Of a stretch of 64,000 bases of DNA, positions 9,306 to 20,668 are shown piece by piece. The DNA comes from a bacterium (GTDB lineage: Bacteria; UBA8248). The position numbers and the translations under genes were made by a program. The first letter of the stretch is position 1, and the number at the start of each line of letters is the position of its first letter. The stretch lies in assembly GCA_965202625.1 (NCBI GenBank), contig CBDBBI010000010.1:256001-320000 (forward strand). Reading direction: 5' to 3'. Under the pieces are notes generated by a model, which saw only the letters and a program-made list of their open reading frames with translations, made no database searches and was not told the DNA's origin.

Positions 9306-9355
9306 GTGTTCTCCTCTTGCGCCCCGCTGGCCGGGCGGTGGATTTTGCCCTGGCG

Positions 9356-9886
9356 ATGAAACAACTCGGCGCTGAGCAGCTGCGGCGCACCTTGAGGCGC
9401 TTGTCGCACGAGATTCTCGAGCGGACGACCGATATGTCCGCCTTGGTGATGGTCGGCATCCGCACGAGGGGCGCGCCGCTCGCCGAAAGGCTGGCGGAGG
9501 AACTCAGGTCTCTGACGGGTGCCCGTCCGCTCGTGGGTGCGCTTGACGTCACCCTGTATCGCGACGACCTGGATCAGGGCGGCGACGTGCGAACCAAGCT
9601 GCTCAGGACGCACCTCCCCTTCTCGTGTGAGGAGAGGGATGTCGTTCTCGTCGATGATGTGCTCCACACGGGCCGGACGGCGCGCGCCGCCTTGGCCGCG
9701 CTCCTCGGTTTCGGGCGGCCCCGCAGGGTGAGACTCGCCATTCTCATAGACAGAGGAGGGTGCGAGCTGCCGATTCGCGCTGATTTCGTGGGGAGGAACG
9801 TCGAGGCGGCCCCGCATGAGGAAGTGCGCGTGAATCTGGAGGAAATCGACGGCCAGGACGCCGTATTCAAGCGCTCGAGCGAATAA
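9356..9886 (+). CDS. pyrR: Bifunctional pyr operon regulator/uracil phosphoribosyltransferase
   Basis: GIRTRG, LDVTLYRDD, LVDDVLHTGRT, DRG..ELPIRADFVG. Confidence 0.95.
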   Translation: MKQLGAEQLRRTLRRLSHEILERTTDMSALVMVGIRTRGAPLAERLAEELRSLTGARPLVGALDVTLYRDDLDQGGDVRTKLLRTHLPFSCEERDVVLVDDVLHTGRTARAALAALLGFGRPRRVRLAILIDRGGCELPIRADFVGRNVEAAPHEEVRVNLEEIDGQDAVFKRSSE

Positions 9887-9907
9887 GGGTGTTATCGGGG
9901 GGATGAC

Positions 9908-10924
9908 ATGAGTGTGGAGACGTATCGGAGAAAGGATTTGCTCTCGATTCGGGAGCTCGCCCCTGAAGAGATATTGTTTCTGCTTGACCAGACCAATTCT
10001 TTTCGGGAGATCAACGAGCGCGATATCAAGAAGGTTCCCACGCTGAGGGGGAAAACCATTGTCAACTTCTTCTTTGAGAACAGCACGAGAACGCGCGCTT
10101 CATTTGAGATCGCGGGCAAGCGCCTCTCGGCGGACGTGATCAACCTTTCCGTCTCCACGAGCTCGGCGAGCAAGGGGGAAACCCTGCGGGATATGGCGAG
10201 AAACATCGAGGCGATGGCCACCGACGTGCTCGTCGTTCGCCATTGGGCGTCCGGAGCGCCCGCCTACCTGGGGCGGGAGCTCGGGTGCGCCGTCGTGAAC
10301 GCGGGCGACGGCTGTCATGAGCACCCCACGCAGGCGTTACTCGACCTCTACACCATCCGCGAGCACAAGGAGAAATTTGAGGGGTTGCGCGTTTCCATCG
10401 TGGGGGATATCGCCCATAGCCGCGTGGCGCGCTCCAACGTGGCGGGGCTGTTGAAACTTGGTGCGGAGGTTACTTTTTGTGGTCCCTCGACGATGCTGCC
10501 GGCCGACGTGGAATGTCTGGGGGCGCGCGTGACGACGAGGCTGGATGAGGCGATCGACGACGCGGACGTTCTCATTGCCCTTCGAATTCAGTTGGAGCGA
10601 GGCGCAGGGGGTGCGTTTCCCAGCGCGCGCGAATACGCCAACACCTATGGCATCACCCGAAAGAAGTTGCGGGACGCGAAGAGCGACCTCCTGATCATGC
10701 ACCCAGGGCCAATCAATCGCGGAGTGGAAATGTCTCCCGACGTGGCCGACGGACGATTCTCCGTCATCCTGCAGCAGGTCGAATACGGGGTCGCCTGCCG
10801 AATGGCGATTCTCTACCTCCTCTCGATGAGAAGGGATGAGGAGCAAAAAGACGCGGTACCAAAGACGGCGAGCGCTGTTTCGGAAAAATCACGAGAGGAG
10901 GCGAGAGATGCCGTTGCTCATTAG
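9908..10924 (+). CDS. pyrB: Aspartate carbamoyltransferase catalytic subunit
   Basis: [21 protein letters not shown]. Confidence 0.97.
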   Translation: MSVETYRRKDLLSIRELAPEEILFLLDQTNSFREINERDIKKVPTLRGKTIVNFFFENSTRTRASFEIAGKRLSADVINLSVSTSSASKGETLRDMARNIEAMATDVLVVRHWASGAPAYLGRELGCAVVNAGDGCHEHPTQALLDLYTIREHKEKFEGLRVSIVGDIAHSRVARSNVAGLLKLGAEVTFCGPSTMLPADVECLGARVTTRLDEAIDDADVLIALRIQLERGAGGAFPSAREYANTYGITRKKLRDAKSDLLIMHPGPINRGVEMSPDVADGRFSVILQQVEYGVACRMAILYLLSMRRDEEQKDAVPKTASAVSEKSREEARDAVAH

Positions 10925-12230
10925 GGGGGGGCGTCTCGTCGATCCCTCCGATGGGGTCGATGAGAAATGCGATATCCTAATAGAGGCGGGACGGGTCGCG
11001 CACAGGAGCAAGAACATACTGCCGCGCGGAGGGGACGAGGTTTTGGACGCTGGGGGGCTGGTCGTGGCGCCGGGTTTCATCGACATGCACGTCCATTTCA
11101 GGGAGCCAGGGCAAGAATACAAAGAGGATATCGAAAGCGGGACCCGCGCCGCCGTCGCGGGCGGTTTCACCGGCGTGGCGTGCATGGCGAACACCGATCC
11201 GGTGAACGACACGAGCTCGATCACCGAGCGCATCCTCAAGCGCGCGCGCGAGGTGGGTTCGTGCCGCGTGTTTCCCGTCGGCTCGGTTTCCGTAGGTTTG
11301 GAAGGCGAGGAATTGAGCGAGATGGCCGAACAGATAGAAGCCGGCGCGGTGGCCTTTAGCGATGACGGCGCGCCGGTCAAGACGGCCGCACTGATGCGCT
11401 CCGCGCTCGAATATGCCGGTATGCTGGGGGTGAGCGTGCTCGATCACGCTGAGGACGCGTCGCTCTCCGAGGGCAGGGTGATGAACGAGGGGGCGGTGTC
11501 CACCATGCTTGGCCTGTCGGGGAACCCTGAGGCCAGCGAGGACATATGCGTCTATCGGGATGTCCGCCTAGCGGAACTGACGGGGGGGAGGCTCCACGTC
11601 CTGCACCTATCCTCTGCCGGCGCGGTGGATTTGATTCGAGAGGCGAGAGCGCGGGGCGTCCGCGTGACGGGAGAGGTGACGCCGCACCATTTTTCTTTGA
11701 CCGAGGAGGCGATTCGCGGATTCAACTCATCAGCAAAGATGGCGCCTCCGTTGCGCGACGAGGCGAACCGTCGCGCGCTCCTTAAGGGACTCAAGGAGGA
11801 TGTTATCTCTGTTATTGCCTCGGACCACGCCCCCCATTACGAGGCGGAGATCCAAAGGGAGTTCGACGCCGTTCCGTTCGGGGTGGTGGGTCTGGAGACG
11901 GCCGTGTCCCTCGCACTGGACAGGTTGGTGGGCGGGGGTGTGCTCACGTTGTCCGAGATGATCGCGAAATTTACCAAGGGCCCGTGCGAGGTGCTGGGTT
12001 TGCCATACGGCACTCTGAAGGAGGGCGCGCCCGCAGACGTAACGATACTCGACCCCGCGCGCGAGGTGCTTGTCGACCCCAGCACTTTCGAGAGCAATGG
12101 CAAGAACACGCCCTTCGCCGGCTGGAAACTCAGGGGATGTGCTGTAGCCACGATCGTTTCGGGGCGTTTGCGGATGAGTCGGCTCGGGGGCACGCTGCGC
12201 ATCTCTGCACAGGAGGCGCTCGCCCTATGA
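10908..12230 (+). CDS. pyrC: Dihydroorotase
   Basis: [21 protein letters not shown]; overlaps the pyrB end. Confidence 0.96.
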   Translation: MPLLIRGGRLVDPSDGVDEKCDILIEAGRVAHRSKNILPRGGDEVLDAGGLVVAPGFIDMHVHFREPGQEYKEDIESGTRAAVAGGFTGVACMANTDPVNDTSSITERILKRAREVGSCRVFPVGSVSVGLEGEELSEMAEQIEAGAVAFSDDGAPVKTAALMRSALEYAGMLGVSVLDHAEDASLSEGRVMNEGAVSTMLGLSGNPEASEDICVYRDVRLAELTGGRLHVLHLSSAGAVDLIREARARGVRVTGEVTPHHFSLTEEAIRGFNSSAKMAPPLRDEANRRALLKGLKEDVISVIASDHAPHYEAEIQREFDAVPFGVVGLETAVSLALDRLVGGGVLTLSEMIAKFTKGPCEVLGLPYGTLKEGAPADVTILDPAREVLVDPSTFESNGKNTPFAGWKLRGCAVATIVSGRLRMSRLGGTLRISAQEALAL

Positions 12231-13318
12231 GAGGTCGAAGAACGAAGCCGGCGCTTCTCGCCCTAGAGGATGGCGGAATTTTTAGGGGCGAGAGTTTCGG
12301 GGCGGATTCGGAGGCCGCAGGGGAACTCGTCTTCAACACGGCGATGACGGGTTATCAGGAAGTGCTCACCGACCCTTCTTACCGTGGCCAGATAGTGGTG
12401 ATGACGTATCCCCACATCGGAAACTACGGCATCATTCCGGGGGACGGGGAATCGCGCCGCGCCTGGGTTGAGGCGTTTATTGTGAAGGAGGTTTGCCGAC
12501 GCCACAGCAATTTCAGGGCGACGGACGACTTGGATTCTTACCTGAAGAAAGAAGGCGTTCCAGGGATCGAGGGCGTCGACACCCGCGCGCTCACGCGCCA
12601 CATTCGTGAGGCGGGCGCCTTGCGAGCGATACTCTCCTCTACGAACCTGGACGCCGAAAATCTCGTCGGGCGTGCCAAGGCAAGCCCGGGGCTCGACGGG
12701 CGTGACATGGTGAAGGACGTAACGTGCACCGCCGCGCACCCTTACGGCGAGAGGAAGGGCCGTCCACTCTGCGTGGCCTACGATTTGGGAGCAAAGGACA
12801 ACATATTCCGGGAACTCAGCCGGAGGTTCGACTTGGAGGTCGTGCCGGCCTCGGAGGCGGCGGAGAGCGTGTTGGCGAGAAAGCCGGCAGCCGTGTTCCT
12901 CTCGAATGGCCCGGGGGATCCTGCCGCACTCGGCTACGTGGTGGAAAACGTGAAAAAAATCATCGGCCAGGCCCCCGTCGTGGGCATCTGCCTGGGGCAT
13001 CAAATTCTCGCCCAGGCTCTGGGCGGCAGGACGTATAAACTCAAATTCGGCCACCATGGGGCGAACCACCCCGTCCAGGATGTCCACACGAAGAGGGTCG
13101 CCATCACCTCCCAGAACCATTCGTTTGCCGTGGACCCCGAAAGCCTGCCGGCGGGCGTCGCCGTCACGCATTTCTCCTTGAACGATCAAACTTGCGAGGG
13201 CTTGCGGGCGGGCGCTCCCAAGGTGTTCAGCGTGCAGTATCACCCCGAAGCTTGCCCGGGCCCGCGCGACGCGGGCGCGCTTTTCGATGCGTTTTTCCAC
13301 TTCTGCGTGGGGGAGTGA
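12227..13318 (+). CDS. carA: Carbamoyl-phosphate synthase small subunit
   Basis: FNTAMTGYQE, SNGPGDP, GICLGHQ, QYHPE; ATGA overlap with pyrC. Confidence 0.97.
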   Translation: MRGRRTKPALLALEDGGIFRGESFGADSEAAGELVFNTAMTGYQEVLTDPSYRGQIVVMTYPHIGNYGIIPGDGESRRAWVEAFIVKEVCRRHSNFRATDDLDSYLKKEGVPGIEGVDTRALTRHIREAGALRAILSSTNLDAENLVGRAKASPGLDGRDMVKDVTCTAAHPYGERKGRPLCVAYDLGAKDNIFRELSRRFDLEVVPASEAAESVLARKPAAVFLSNGPGDPAALGYVVENVKKIIGQAPVVGICLGHQILAQALGGRTYKLKFGHHGANHPVQDVHTKRVAITSQNHSFAVDPESLPAGVAVTHFSLNDQTCEGLRAGAPKVFSVQYHPEACPGPRDAGALFDAFFHFCVGE

Positions 13319-13525
13319 GAGAGTGATTCCTTGATGCGGTTTTGGCTTTGGAAGGCGAGCGAACGGAAATCGCACAGGGGAGGTTGACGGAAAAGAAAAA
13401 AATTAAGCGAAAGCGTCAATGGCGAAATGAACCCATGTTTTTTTGAGACGATTCGGCGGGGAAATCGCCTGCGTCAAATGGATGGCGAACATATTTGATG
13501 CGCCAAACAACGGGGAGGTTGGCGG

Positions 13526-14347
13526 ATGAATGATTGGTGCAATCGCGTTCATCATGGCGACTGCCTTGACGTTATGAGGCGTATTCCTTCCAACAACGTG
13601 GATCTCATCGTCACCTCGCCGCCCTATGCGGATGCGAGAGCACATACCTATGGCGGGATCAAGCCGGATGAATACGTTGCATGGTTTTGTGAGCGCGGCC
13701 TTGAAATGCGCAGGATTTTGAAGCCCAGCGGGTCGTTCGTTTTGAACATCAAGGAAAAGGCGGTAGATGGCGAACGGCATACTTACGTCCTTGAACTCAT
13801 TCTTGCCCTGAAAAGAGAGGTCGGTTTTCGCTGGGTGGAAGAATACGTTTGGCATAAGACGACTTCCGCACCGGGGAAATGGAAGTATCGTTTTCGGGAC
13901 GCCTGGGAGCGCATTCTGCATTTCAGTAAAACGAAAGAAGTCAAGATGCGCCAGGATGCGGTAAAAGTGCCCATTGGCAACTGGACGGAAAAACGGCTTC
14001 GCAACATGAGCAGGAACGACAGGGAAAGGCAAGAATCCGCTACGAACTCGAAAATTGGTCGAAGGATCGAAGCGTGGGAGGGGAAGGACACAGTGTATCC
14101 GTCCAACGTCCTGTATCGCCCGCCCGTTTGCCATAATACGGGACACAGCGCGGTGTTCCCCGAATGGTTGCCGGAGTTTTTCATCCGACTTTTTACGGAT
14201 GAGGGCGACGTTGTTCTCGATCCGTTCTCCGGCAGTGGAACGACGTTCAAGGTGGCGCGGAAAATGGGGCGTGCACCCGTTGGAATAGAGATACGAGAAG
14301 AATACGCGTTCCCGAAATCCGATTCGCAAGCTTCCCTTTTCGGTTAA
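13526..14347 (+). CDS. Site-specific DNA methyltransferase, amino (probably N4-cytosine), beta class
   Basis: Motif IV TSPPY near the N-terminus, H.AVFP, motif I VLDPFSGSGTT near the C-terminus. Confidence 0.92.
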   Translation: MNDWCNRVHHGDCLDVMRRIPSNNVDLIVTSPPYADARAHTYGGIKPDEYVAWFCERGLEMRRILKPSGSFVLNIKEKAVDGERHTYVLELILALKREVGFRWVEEYVWHKTTSAPGKWKYRFRDAWERILHFSKTKEVKMRQDAVKVPIGNWTEKRLRNMSRNDRERQESATNSKIGRRIEAWEGKDTVYPSNVLYRPPVCHNTGHSAVFPEWLPEFFIRLFTDEGDVVLDPFSGSGTTFKVARKMGRAPVGIEIREEYAFPKSDSQASLFG

Positions 14348-14353
14348 GCCGCC

Positions 14354-15007
14354 ATGCGCGAATTGCCTTGGCTTTCGCATGAAGTATTGGGCATGGCCAC
14401 GCGGGATTTGCTCCATTCATCCAATGAGGCGTTTTCTGAGGCGGAAGAACGATTGCGCAAGAATGTGATAGACCCTTTCTCATCAATCGTGGTTGCTTCC
14501 GTATTGGGGATAAATACTTCAAGCGACTTATCAAACGAGCAGGCTTTGCGAACGACAATGGGCGGCATATCCAACGCGGTCGGTGCGTTCCATCAATCTA
14601 TTTTAGTTTCTATTGAGGGATGGGCGGACCATGATTCGGGGTACGATCTAGAAAATCGAGAACAGAAAATTCTTGCCGAGGTTAAAAACAAGCACAACAC
14701 AATGAATTCAGCGAATCGGATGCAAGTCATCTCTGACCTGGAAACTGCAATCCGGCAAAAGGGGCGTGGGTGGACTGGTTATCTGGTGCAGGTCGTCCCC
14801 AAGAAAAAAGAGCGTTTTAAGAAGTCGTTGGTCCCCAACAGACCGATATACGAAGTTGACGGAGCCACTTTTTATGAATTGGCGACAGGCGCAGCAACCG
14901 CCTTGCGAGATTTGTCCGATGTTCTCGAAGAATTTATTGGGAAGAACTTGTCCGATGACGTCAGAATGAAATGCAAGGAGCTATTTCATGCCAGCATCCC
15001 CGCATAA
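14354..15007 (+). CDS. Type II restriction endonuclease, Eco47II-like family
   Basis: IDPFS, NAVGAFHQ, D...EVKNKHNTMNS PD-(D/E)xK core; adjacent to the MTase; lower GC than flanks. Confidence 0.75.
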   Translation: MRELPWLSHEVLGMATRDLLHSSNEAFSEAEERLRKNVIDPFSSIVVASVLGINTSSDLSNEQALRTTMGGISNAVGAFHQSILVSIEGWADHDSGYDLENREQKILAEVKNKHNTMNSANRMQVISDLETAIRQKGRGWTGYLVQVVPKKKERFKKSLVPNRPIYEVDGATFYELATGAATALRDLSDVLEEFIGKNLSDDVRMKCKELFHASIPA

Positions 15008-15234
15008 AGGCGTATTCGACGAATAAACAGACCGCGGGGAAATCAGACGATTTTGGTGGAGGAGTGATTTACCCTTACAGTAAAAATCAAATGGAATTGC
15101 TTCATCGACTCCTGAGCAAGTAGAGCGAATGCGCCCACCCGAGCGACTACTCGCCCGGGCTGAATGAATCGCTCGGATATGTTGCGGAGATTATGAAAAG
15201 AATACAACAGATCCAATCTAAGAAAGTCTGACCC

Positions 15235-18200
15235 ATGCCGAGGCGAACGGACATATCGAAGGTGTTGATCATCGGCTCGGGACCCATCGTCATCGGCCAG
15301 GCGTGCGAGTTCGACTATTCGGGCGTGCAGGCGTGCAAGGCGCTTCGGGAAGAGGGCTACGAGGTGGTGCTGGTGAACTCGAACCCCGCCACCATCATGA
15401 CCGACCCCGAGATGGCCGACGCCACCTACGTGGAACCTATCACCCCGCGCGTGGTGGAGGAGATCGTCAAAAAAGAGCGGCCCGATGTGCTGCTGCCCAC
15501 GATGGGCGGGCAAACGGGGCTGAACACGGCGGTGGCCTTGGCCGAGTCCGGCGCGCTCGACTCCTGGGGGGTGGAGCTCATCGGGGCGAAGCTGCCCGCC
15601 ATCCGTTGCGCCGAAGATAGGGATTTGTTCAAGAGGGCGATGCGTGCGATCGGCCTGGATTTGCCGAGAAGTGAGGTTGTCGCCACGATGGCGGCAGGCT
15701 GGACGGCGGCACGGGGAATCGGTTTTCCGGTGATTCTCAGGCCCGCCTTCACGCTGGGCGGATCGGGCGGGGCAGTGGCGTTCTCTGAGGAGGAATTTGA
15801 GGAGAAACTGGCGTGGGCTTTATCTGAGAGTCCGACCGATCAGGTGCTGCTCGAGGAGAGCGTCCTAGGCTGGAAGGAATTCGAGCTCGAGGTCATGCGC
15901 GATCTGAAGGACAACGTGTCGATCATCTGCTCAATTGAGAACTTCGACCCCATGGGTGTTCACACGGGCGATTCCATCACCGTCGCCCCCGCCCAGACGC
16001 TCTCGGATCGCGAGTACCAGACTATGCGCGACGCGGCCATCGCCTGTATCCGGAAGGTGGGGGTCGAGTGCGGCGGATCGAACATCCAGTTTGGCCTCAG
16101 TCCCACCGACGGCCGGATGGTGGTGATCGAAATGAACCCGAGGGTATCGAGAAGTTCCGCCCTTGCGAGCAAGGCCACAGGCTTTCCCATCGCCAAGATA
16201 GCGGCCAAACTGGCCGTAGGTCTCACGCTCGACGAGATACCCAATGACATTACACGCCGGACGCCCGCCTCTTTTGAGCCGTCCATCGACTATTGCGTCA
16301 CCAAGATACCGCGCTTCACGTTCGAGAAATTCCCCGAGACGCCCCCCGTCCTAGACACGCAGATGCGCTCCGTGGGGGAGGTGATGGCCATTGGCAGAAC
16401 GTTTCGCGAATCCTTGATGAAGGCGATCAGGTCCCTGGAAATCGACCGCTACGGCCTGGCGGACCCGAAGCCTGAGGATCTGGAGGGGCTATCCGCCAAG
16501 GAGCGCGAAGAAGTCATTTTTGAGGGTTTGCGGACGCCCAGCCCCGATCGTCTTTGGTCCATCGCCCGCGCCTTTCGGGAGGGATGGACGGAGGATGGGG
16601 TATATCGCGCGTCCGGAGTTGACCCCTGGTTTCTGGCGCATCTCGCCGAGCTGGTGGAGATGGAAGCGGACGCCGTCGCGCCCGGCTTGCTCGATGATGA
16701 GGTGGAGCTCAGATTTTTGAAGGAAAACGGTTTTAGCGATAAGGAGATCGCCGGAAGGCGGGGCGTGGAGGAGAGGGATGTTCGCGCGGCGCGACGCCGC
16801 CTAGGGGTTCGGCCCGCTTACAAGCAGGTGGATACCTGCGCCGCCGAGTTCGAGGTTCATACGCCCTATCTCTACTCCACTTATGAGTGCGAGGATGAGG
16901 CGAAGCCGACGAAGCGAAAAAAGATCGTCATTCTGGGCGGCGGCCCCAATCGCATTGGCCAGGGCATCGAGTTCGACTATTGCTGCGTTCACGCCGTGAT
17001 GGGGCTATCGGAGGCGGGCTTCGAGACCATCATGGTGAACTGTAACCCCGAGACGGTGAGCACCGACTATGATACGAGCGACAGGCTGTATTTCGAGCCG
17101 CTCACGTTGGAGGACGTGCTGGAGATCGTCGAAAGGGAGAGTCCACAGGGCGTCATCGTCCAGTTCGGTGGTCAAACGCCGCTCAAACTCGCTCTCGCCC
17201 TCAAGGAGGCGGGCGCGCCGATTCTGGGAACCTCGCCCGAGAGCATTGACCTGACCGAAGACAGGGATCGATTCAGCAAAATGCTCAAGGAACTTCACCT
17301 CACTCAACCTCCCTCTGGAACGGCCACGAACGCCGAAGACGCGCTCAAGGTCGCTCGCGCGGTTGGCTATCCCGTTCTGATACGCCCCAGCTACGTGCTG
17401 GGTGGACGCGCCATGGTGCTCGTCCACGATGGGGATGAGCTCGCCGCCTATATGCGTGAAGCCGTTCGCGCCTCCGCGGAGAAGCCTGTCTTGATCGACC
17501 GATTTCTGGAGGACTCTGTGGAGGTGGACGTGGACGCGGTGTCCGACGGGCGCAGCGTGGTCATCGCGGGCGTGATGGAGCACATTGAGGAGGCAGGAAT
17601 TCACAGCGGCGATTCTGCCTGCTCCACCCCCCCCTACACGCTGGGCCCCTACATCGTGGAGGAATTGAAGCGCCAGACGAAGATATTGGCGCGCGCTCTG
17701 AACGTTGTGGGCCTCGGCAACTTCCAGTTTGCGGTGCACAAGCGACAGGTGTTCGTCCTAGAGGTGAACCCCCGCGCGAGCCGGACGGTGCCCTACGTGA
17801 GCAAGGTGGTCGGCGCGCCTTTCGCCAAGATCGCCGCTCGGGTGATGGCGGGGGAGACGCTCTCCTCGCTTGGTTTGCGCGGGGATTTTCAACCCCGACA
17901 TTTTGGGGTGAAAGAGGCGGTGTTTCCCTTTAAGAAATTCTCTGGCGTGGACGTCATCCTCGGGCCGGAGATGAAGTCCACGGGCGAGGTGATGGGACTA
18001 GGCGTGGATTTTCCCACCGCGTTTCTGAAGGCCCAGGAAGGGGCGGGTGCCACTCTGCCGAGAGAGGGGCGCGCGTTCCTCTCCGTTCGGGATGCGGACA
18101 AGGCGGCTATCGTTCCCCTCGCGCAGCTGCTCATCGAGCTGGGGTTCTCGCTGGTGTCCACGGAGGGGACGAGAGCGGTGCTCATGGCCAACGGGATAGA

Positions 18201-18486
18201 GACGGACTTCGCGCACAAGGTGATCGACGGCGTGCCGGGCCACATTGTGGAGCAGATGGAAGCGGGCGGGGTGCAGTTCGTCTTGAACACCACGGCGGGG
18301 AGGCAGTCGATCAGGGACAGCTATTCTATACGCAGAACGGCACTTTTGCGGAATATATTCTATTGCACCACCCTCGCCGCCGGGCAGGCGGCCATCCGCG
18401 CCGTACGGATTATGCGCGAGGGGGCATATTCGGTGCGTTCTTTACAGGATTATCATGCGGACATGAGAAAAGCCCACCTCCGATGA
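15235..18486 (+). CDS. carB: Carbamoyl-phosphate synthase large subunit
   Basis: [25 protein letters not shown], duplicated ATP-grasp halves, MGS domain. Confidence 0.98.
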   Translation: MPRRTDISKVLIIGSGPIVIGQACEFDYSGVQACKALREEGYEVVLVNSNPATIMTDPEMADATYVEPITPRVVEEIVKKERPDVLLPTMGGQTGLNTAVALAESGALDSWGVELIGAKLPAIRCAEDRDLFKRAMRAIGLDLPRSEVVATMAAGWTAARGIGFPVILRPAFTLGGSGGAVAFSEEEFEEKLAWALSESPTDQVLLEESVLGWKEFELEVMRDLKDNVSIICSIENFDPMGVHTGDSITVAPAQTLSDREYQTMRDAAIACIRKVGVECGGSNIQFGLSPTDGRMVVIEMNPRVSRSSALASKATGFPIAKIAAKLAVGLTLDEIPNDITRRTPASFEPSIDYCVTKIPRFTFEKFPETPPVLDTQMRSVGEVMAIGRTFRESLMKAIRSLEIDRYGLADPKPEDLEGLSAKEREEVIFEGLRTPSPDRLWSIARAFREGWTEDGVYRASGVDPWFLAHLAELVEMEADAVAPGLLDDEVELRFLKENGFSDKEIAGRRGVEERDVRAARRRLGVRPAYKQVDTCAAEFEVHTPYLYSTYECEDEAKPTKRKKIVILGGGPNRIGQGIEFDYCCVHAVMGLSEAGFETIMVNCNPETVSTDYDTSDRLYFEPLTLEDVLEIVERESPQGVIVQFGGQTPLKLALALKEAGAPILGTSPESIDLTEDRDRFSKMLKELHLTQPPSGTATNAEDALKVARAVGYPVLIRPSYVLGGRAMVLVHDGDELAAYMREAVRASAEKPVLIDRFLEDSVEVDVDAVSDGRSVVIAGVMEHIEEAGIHSGDSACSTPPYTLGPYIVEELKRQTKILARALNVVGLGNFQFAVHKRQVFVLEVNPRASRTVPYVSKVVGAPFAKIAARVMAGETLSSLGLRGDFQPRHFGVKEAVFPFKKFSGVDVILGPEMKSTGEVMGLGVDFPTAFLKAQEGAGATLPREGRAFLSVRDADKAAIVPLAQLLIELGFSLVSTEGTRAVLMANGIETDFAHKVIDGVPGHIVEQMEAGGVQFVLNTTAGRQSIRDSYSIRRTALLRNIFYCTTLAAGQAAIRAVRIMREGAYSVRSLQDYHADMRKAHLR

Positions 18487-18946
18487 GAGGATTTTTGCGC
18501 ATGGGACGCTTCGCCGTCCCGGCGCGAAATTTCCCACGCGAACGCCCTCTGCGAGGCGAGCCGTTTAAACGTATGGCTCACACCGCGCAAGGGGAAGCTG
18601 TCAAAGTCCTGAAAGACAACCTGAATGGGGGATAATACGCCAGTGCTTCGTCATGCGTCTCGCCGGCGGCCATATCCCCCTCCCCGCGACATCGGCGTCG
18701 GCCCCGTATATACCAGTGGCGGGGGCATGAAGTGATGATACATGGTCTTTGCGCATGGACCCGCAAAGGTGGGGTTTTTCATTAGATGCTTCACGACCCG
18801 GCGGGGATTAGAAGGAGCGGCCGGATGCGTTATATCGGGAAAACGCGCAGGTGAGGGGATTGTTGGAACTTTCGGCCCGCTGGGGGACTTGAAGTCGCTC
18901 GGGCGGTGCGGTTCGTCTGATTCTCGAAGCTGAGAGGCGCAAGATC

Positions 18947-19210
18947 ATGCTTCGGCTCATATTCTATCTGGCGTTGTCTTGGGCGATCTATTACCTTGTT
19001 CGCAGCCTCGTCGGGAATCCGAGGGGAGCAGCGCGGAAAAATTCTGAGCGCGCTGAGGAAATGGACGACGAGATGCTGCATTGCCCCGAATGTGAGACCT
19101 TTTTCCCCTCCTTCATGAGCGTCTCCCGCCGGGCGGGTGCTGGCAGGCGTTCGTTTTGCAGCGAAGCGTGCGCGGAGAATTTCGCCAATAGAGGCGGCCC
19201 GCCGAAATAG
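18947..19210 (+). CDS. Small membrane-anchored Cys-motif protein (PP0621/TRASH-like)
   Basis: N-terminal TM helix, M..CPEC.TF.P and FCSEAC motifs. Confidence 0.7.
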   Translation: MLRLIFYLALSWAIYYLVRSLVGNPRGAARKNSERAEEMDDEMLHCPECETFFPSFMSVSRRAGAGRRSFCSEACAENFANRGGPPK

Positions 19211-19677
19211 AGGGCGGCTTGAGTCAGAGGGGACGTCTGCTTTTCCTGCTCGTGTCTTCCCATCGTTCTGAAGCGTCGCTCGGCGCTTTTTGAAAAATGG
19301 TCGGAGCCTCGCCTCCTTTCGCCTGGGTAGGGAGGTGTTGCGGTCGCCAAATAGCATTCTGCTCGTCTCCCTTGTTTAAATGGAGATGAAGGGCGGATGG
19401 AGGAGGAGAATTTATGAAAATTAACGAAAATTTCTAGTACAAGAACCCGCCGCCAAACAAGGGCCGATTCAGTGAGGTTCAGCCTTGGGCAGAAGATGGA
19501 TGCGGGCGGGGGCGTCATATGTAACTAATTGACTCAATATGGGTTTCAGAATCCATCTCTCTCTTTCTTCCACCATGTTGACATTTGGACACAGCGGCGT
19601 AATCTGCGAAATATGCAGCTTTCGCCCGTATCGTTAACGCCCTTGGCGAGCGGCCAAAAAACGTGGCGGGAGAGAAA

Positions 19678-20328
19678 ATGAAGATATTTATTGATACGGC
19701 CAACTTGGAGGAGATCGAAGAGGCGGCGTCGATCGGTATATTGGACGGCGTGACGACGAATCCCTCGCTCATAGCGAAGGAGGGGGCGGACCATCACGCG
19801 CGTATCAACGAAATATGCGAGATGGTTGATGGTCCGGTGAGTGCGGAGGTCGTCGCCACGCAGTGGCGGGAGATGGTTGAGGAGGGCCGAGAACTGGCTG
19901 CCGTCCATGAGAACGTCGTGGTAAAGGTACCGGTGGGCGTTGAGGGCTTGCGTGCCTCCAAAGCCTTGCACGAGGAGAACGTCGACACGAACGTCACGCT
20001 GATATTCAGCCCCGCCCAAGCCATGCTGGCGGCCAAGGCGGGTGCCTCGTTCGTGAGCCCTTTCGTCGGCCGGCTGGACGATATCTCGAATCCTGGTATG
20101 GAGATGGTGCGGGATATCGTGCGGATATTTCAGAACTATGATTACGCCGCCCAAGTCTTGGTGGCGAGCATACGCACGCCGATTCATTTGCTTGAGGCCG
20201 CAAAAATGGGAGCGGACGTCGCGACGGCGCCTTTCCACGTGATCGCGCAGCTGCTCAAGCACCCATTGACGGACATGGGGTTGGAGAAATTTTTGGCAGA
20301 CTGGCGCCAAGCCAATGAAATGCGCTGA
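19678..20328 (+). CDS. fsa: Transaldolase/fructose-6-phosphate aldolase family protein
   Basis: [32 protein letters not shown]. Confidence 0.93.
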   Translation: MKIFIDTANLEEIEEAASIGILDGVTTNPSLIAKEGADHHARINEICEMVDGPVSAEVVATQWREMVEEGRELAAVHENVVVKVPVGVEGLRASKALHEENVDTNVTLIFSPAQAMLAAKAGASFVSPFVGRLDDISNPGMEMVRDIVRIFQNYDYAAQVLVASIRTPIHLLEAAKMGADVATAPFHVIAQLLKHPLTDMGLEKFLADWRQANEMR

Positions 20329-20348
20329 CTATTCTGGAGGTGTGGACC

Positions 20349-20582
20349 ATGATGCCGATGTATGAATTTCTTTGTGGAAACTGTGAAAAGGATTTTGAGA
20401 CGATCATCTCATCCGTGCAAGCGGTCGATCTGGTGGAATGTCCTGAGTGCAGCTCTCTAAAAGTGCATAAAAAGCTCTCTTTGTTCGCCAAATCCTCTTC
20501 CGGCGCGGCGGGGGCGACGGCGGCTTTTGATGGATACGCATCCGGTGGGGGTTGTTGCGGCGGGGCATGCGCGTGCCGCTAG
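20349..20582 (+). CDS. FmdB-family zinc-ribbon protein
   Basis: MPMYEFLCGNC...CPECSS and a GGGCCGGAC tail. Confidence 0.85.
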   Translation: MMPMYEFLCGNCEKDFETIISSVQAVDLVECPECSSLKVHKKLSLFAKSSSGAAGATAAFDGYASGGGCCGGACACR

Positions 20583-20668
20583 CTTCTTATGGGTTTTGTC
20601 TTTGACTGTCTTTCTGGATGGACTTGAACTCTATCCTTTCAGGAATTTCTTTAGGAGGAAGGGAGGTC

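Noticed and set aside
9287-9355. N-terminal extension of PyrR in the ORF track (MAWCFFC..)
   Set aside because: It runs through the attenuator terminator; the real start is more likely the ATG at 9356.
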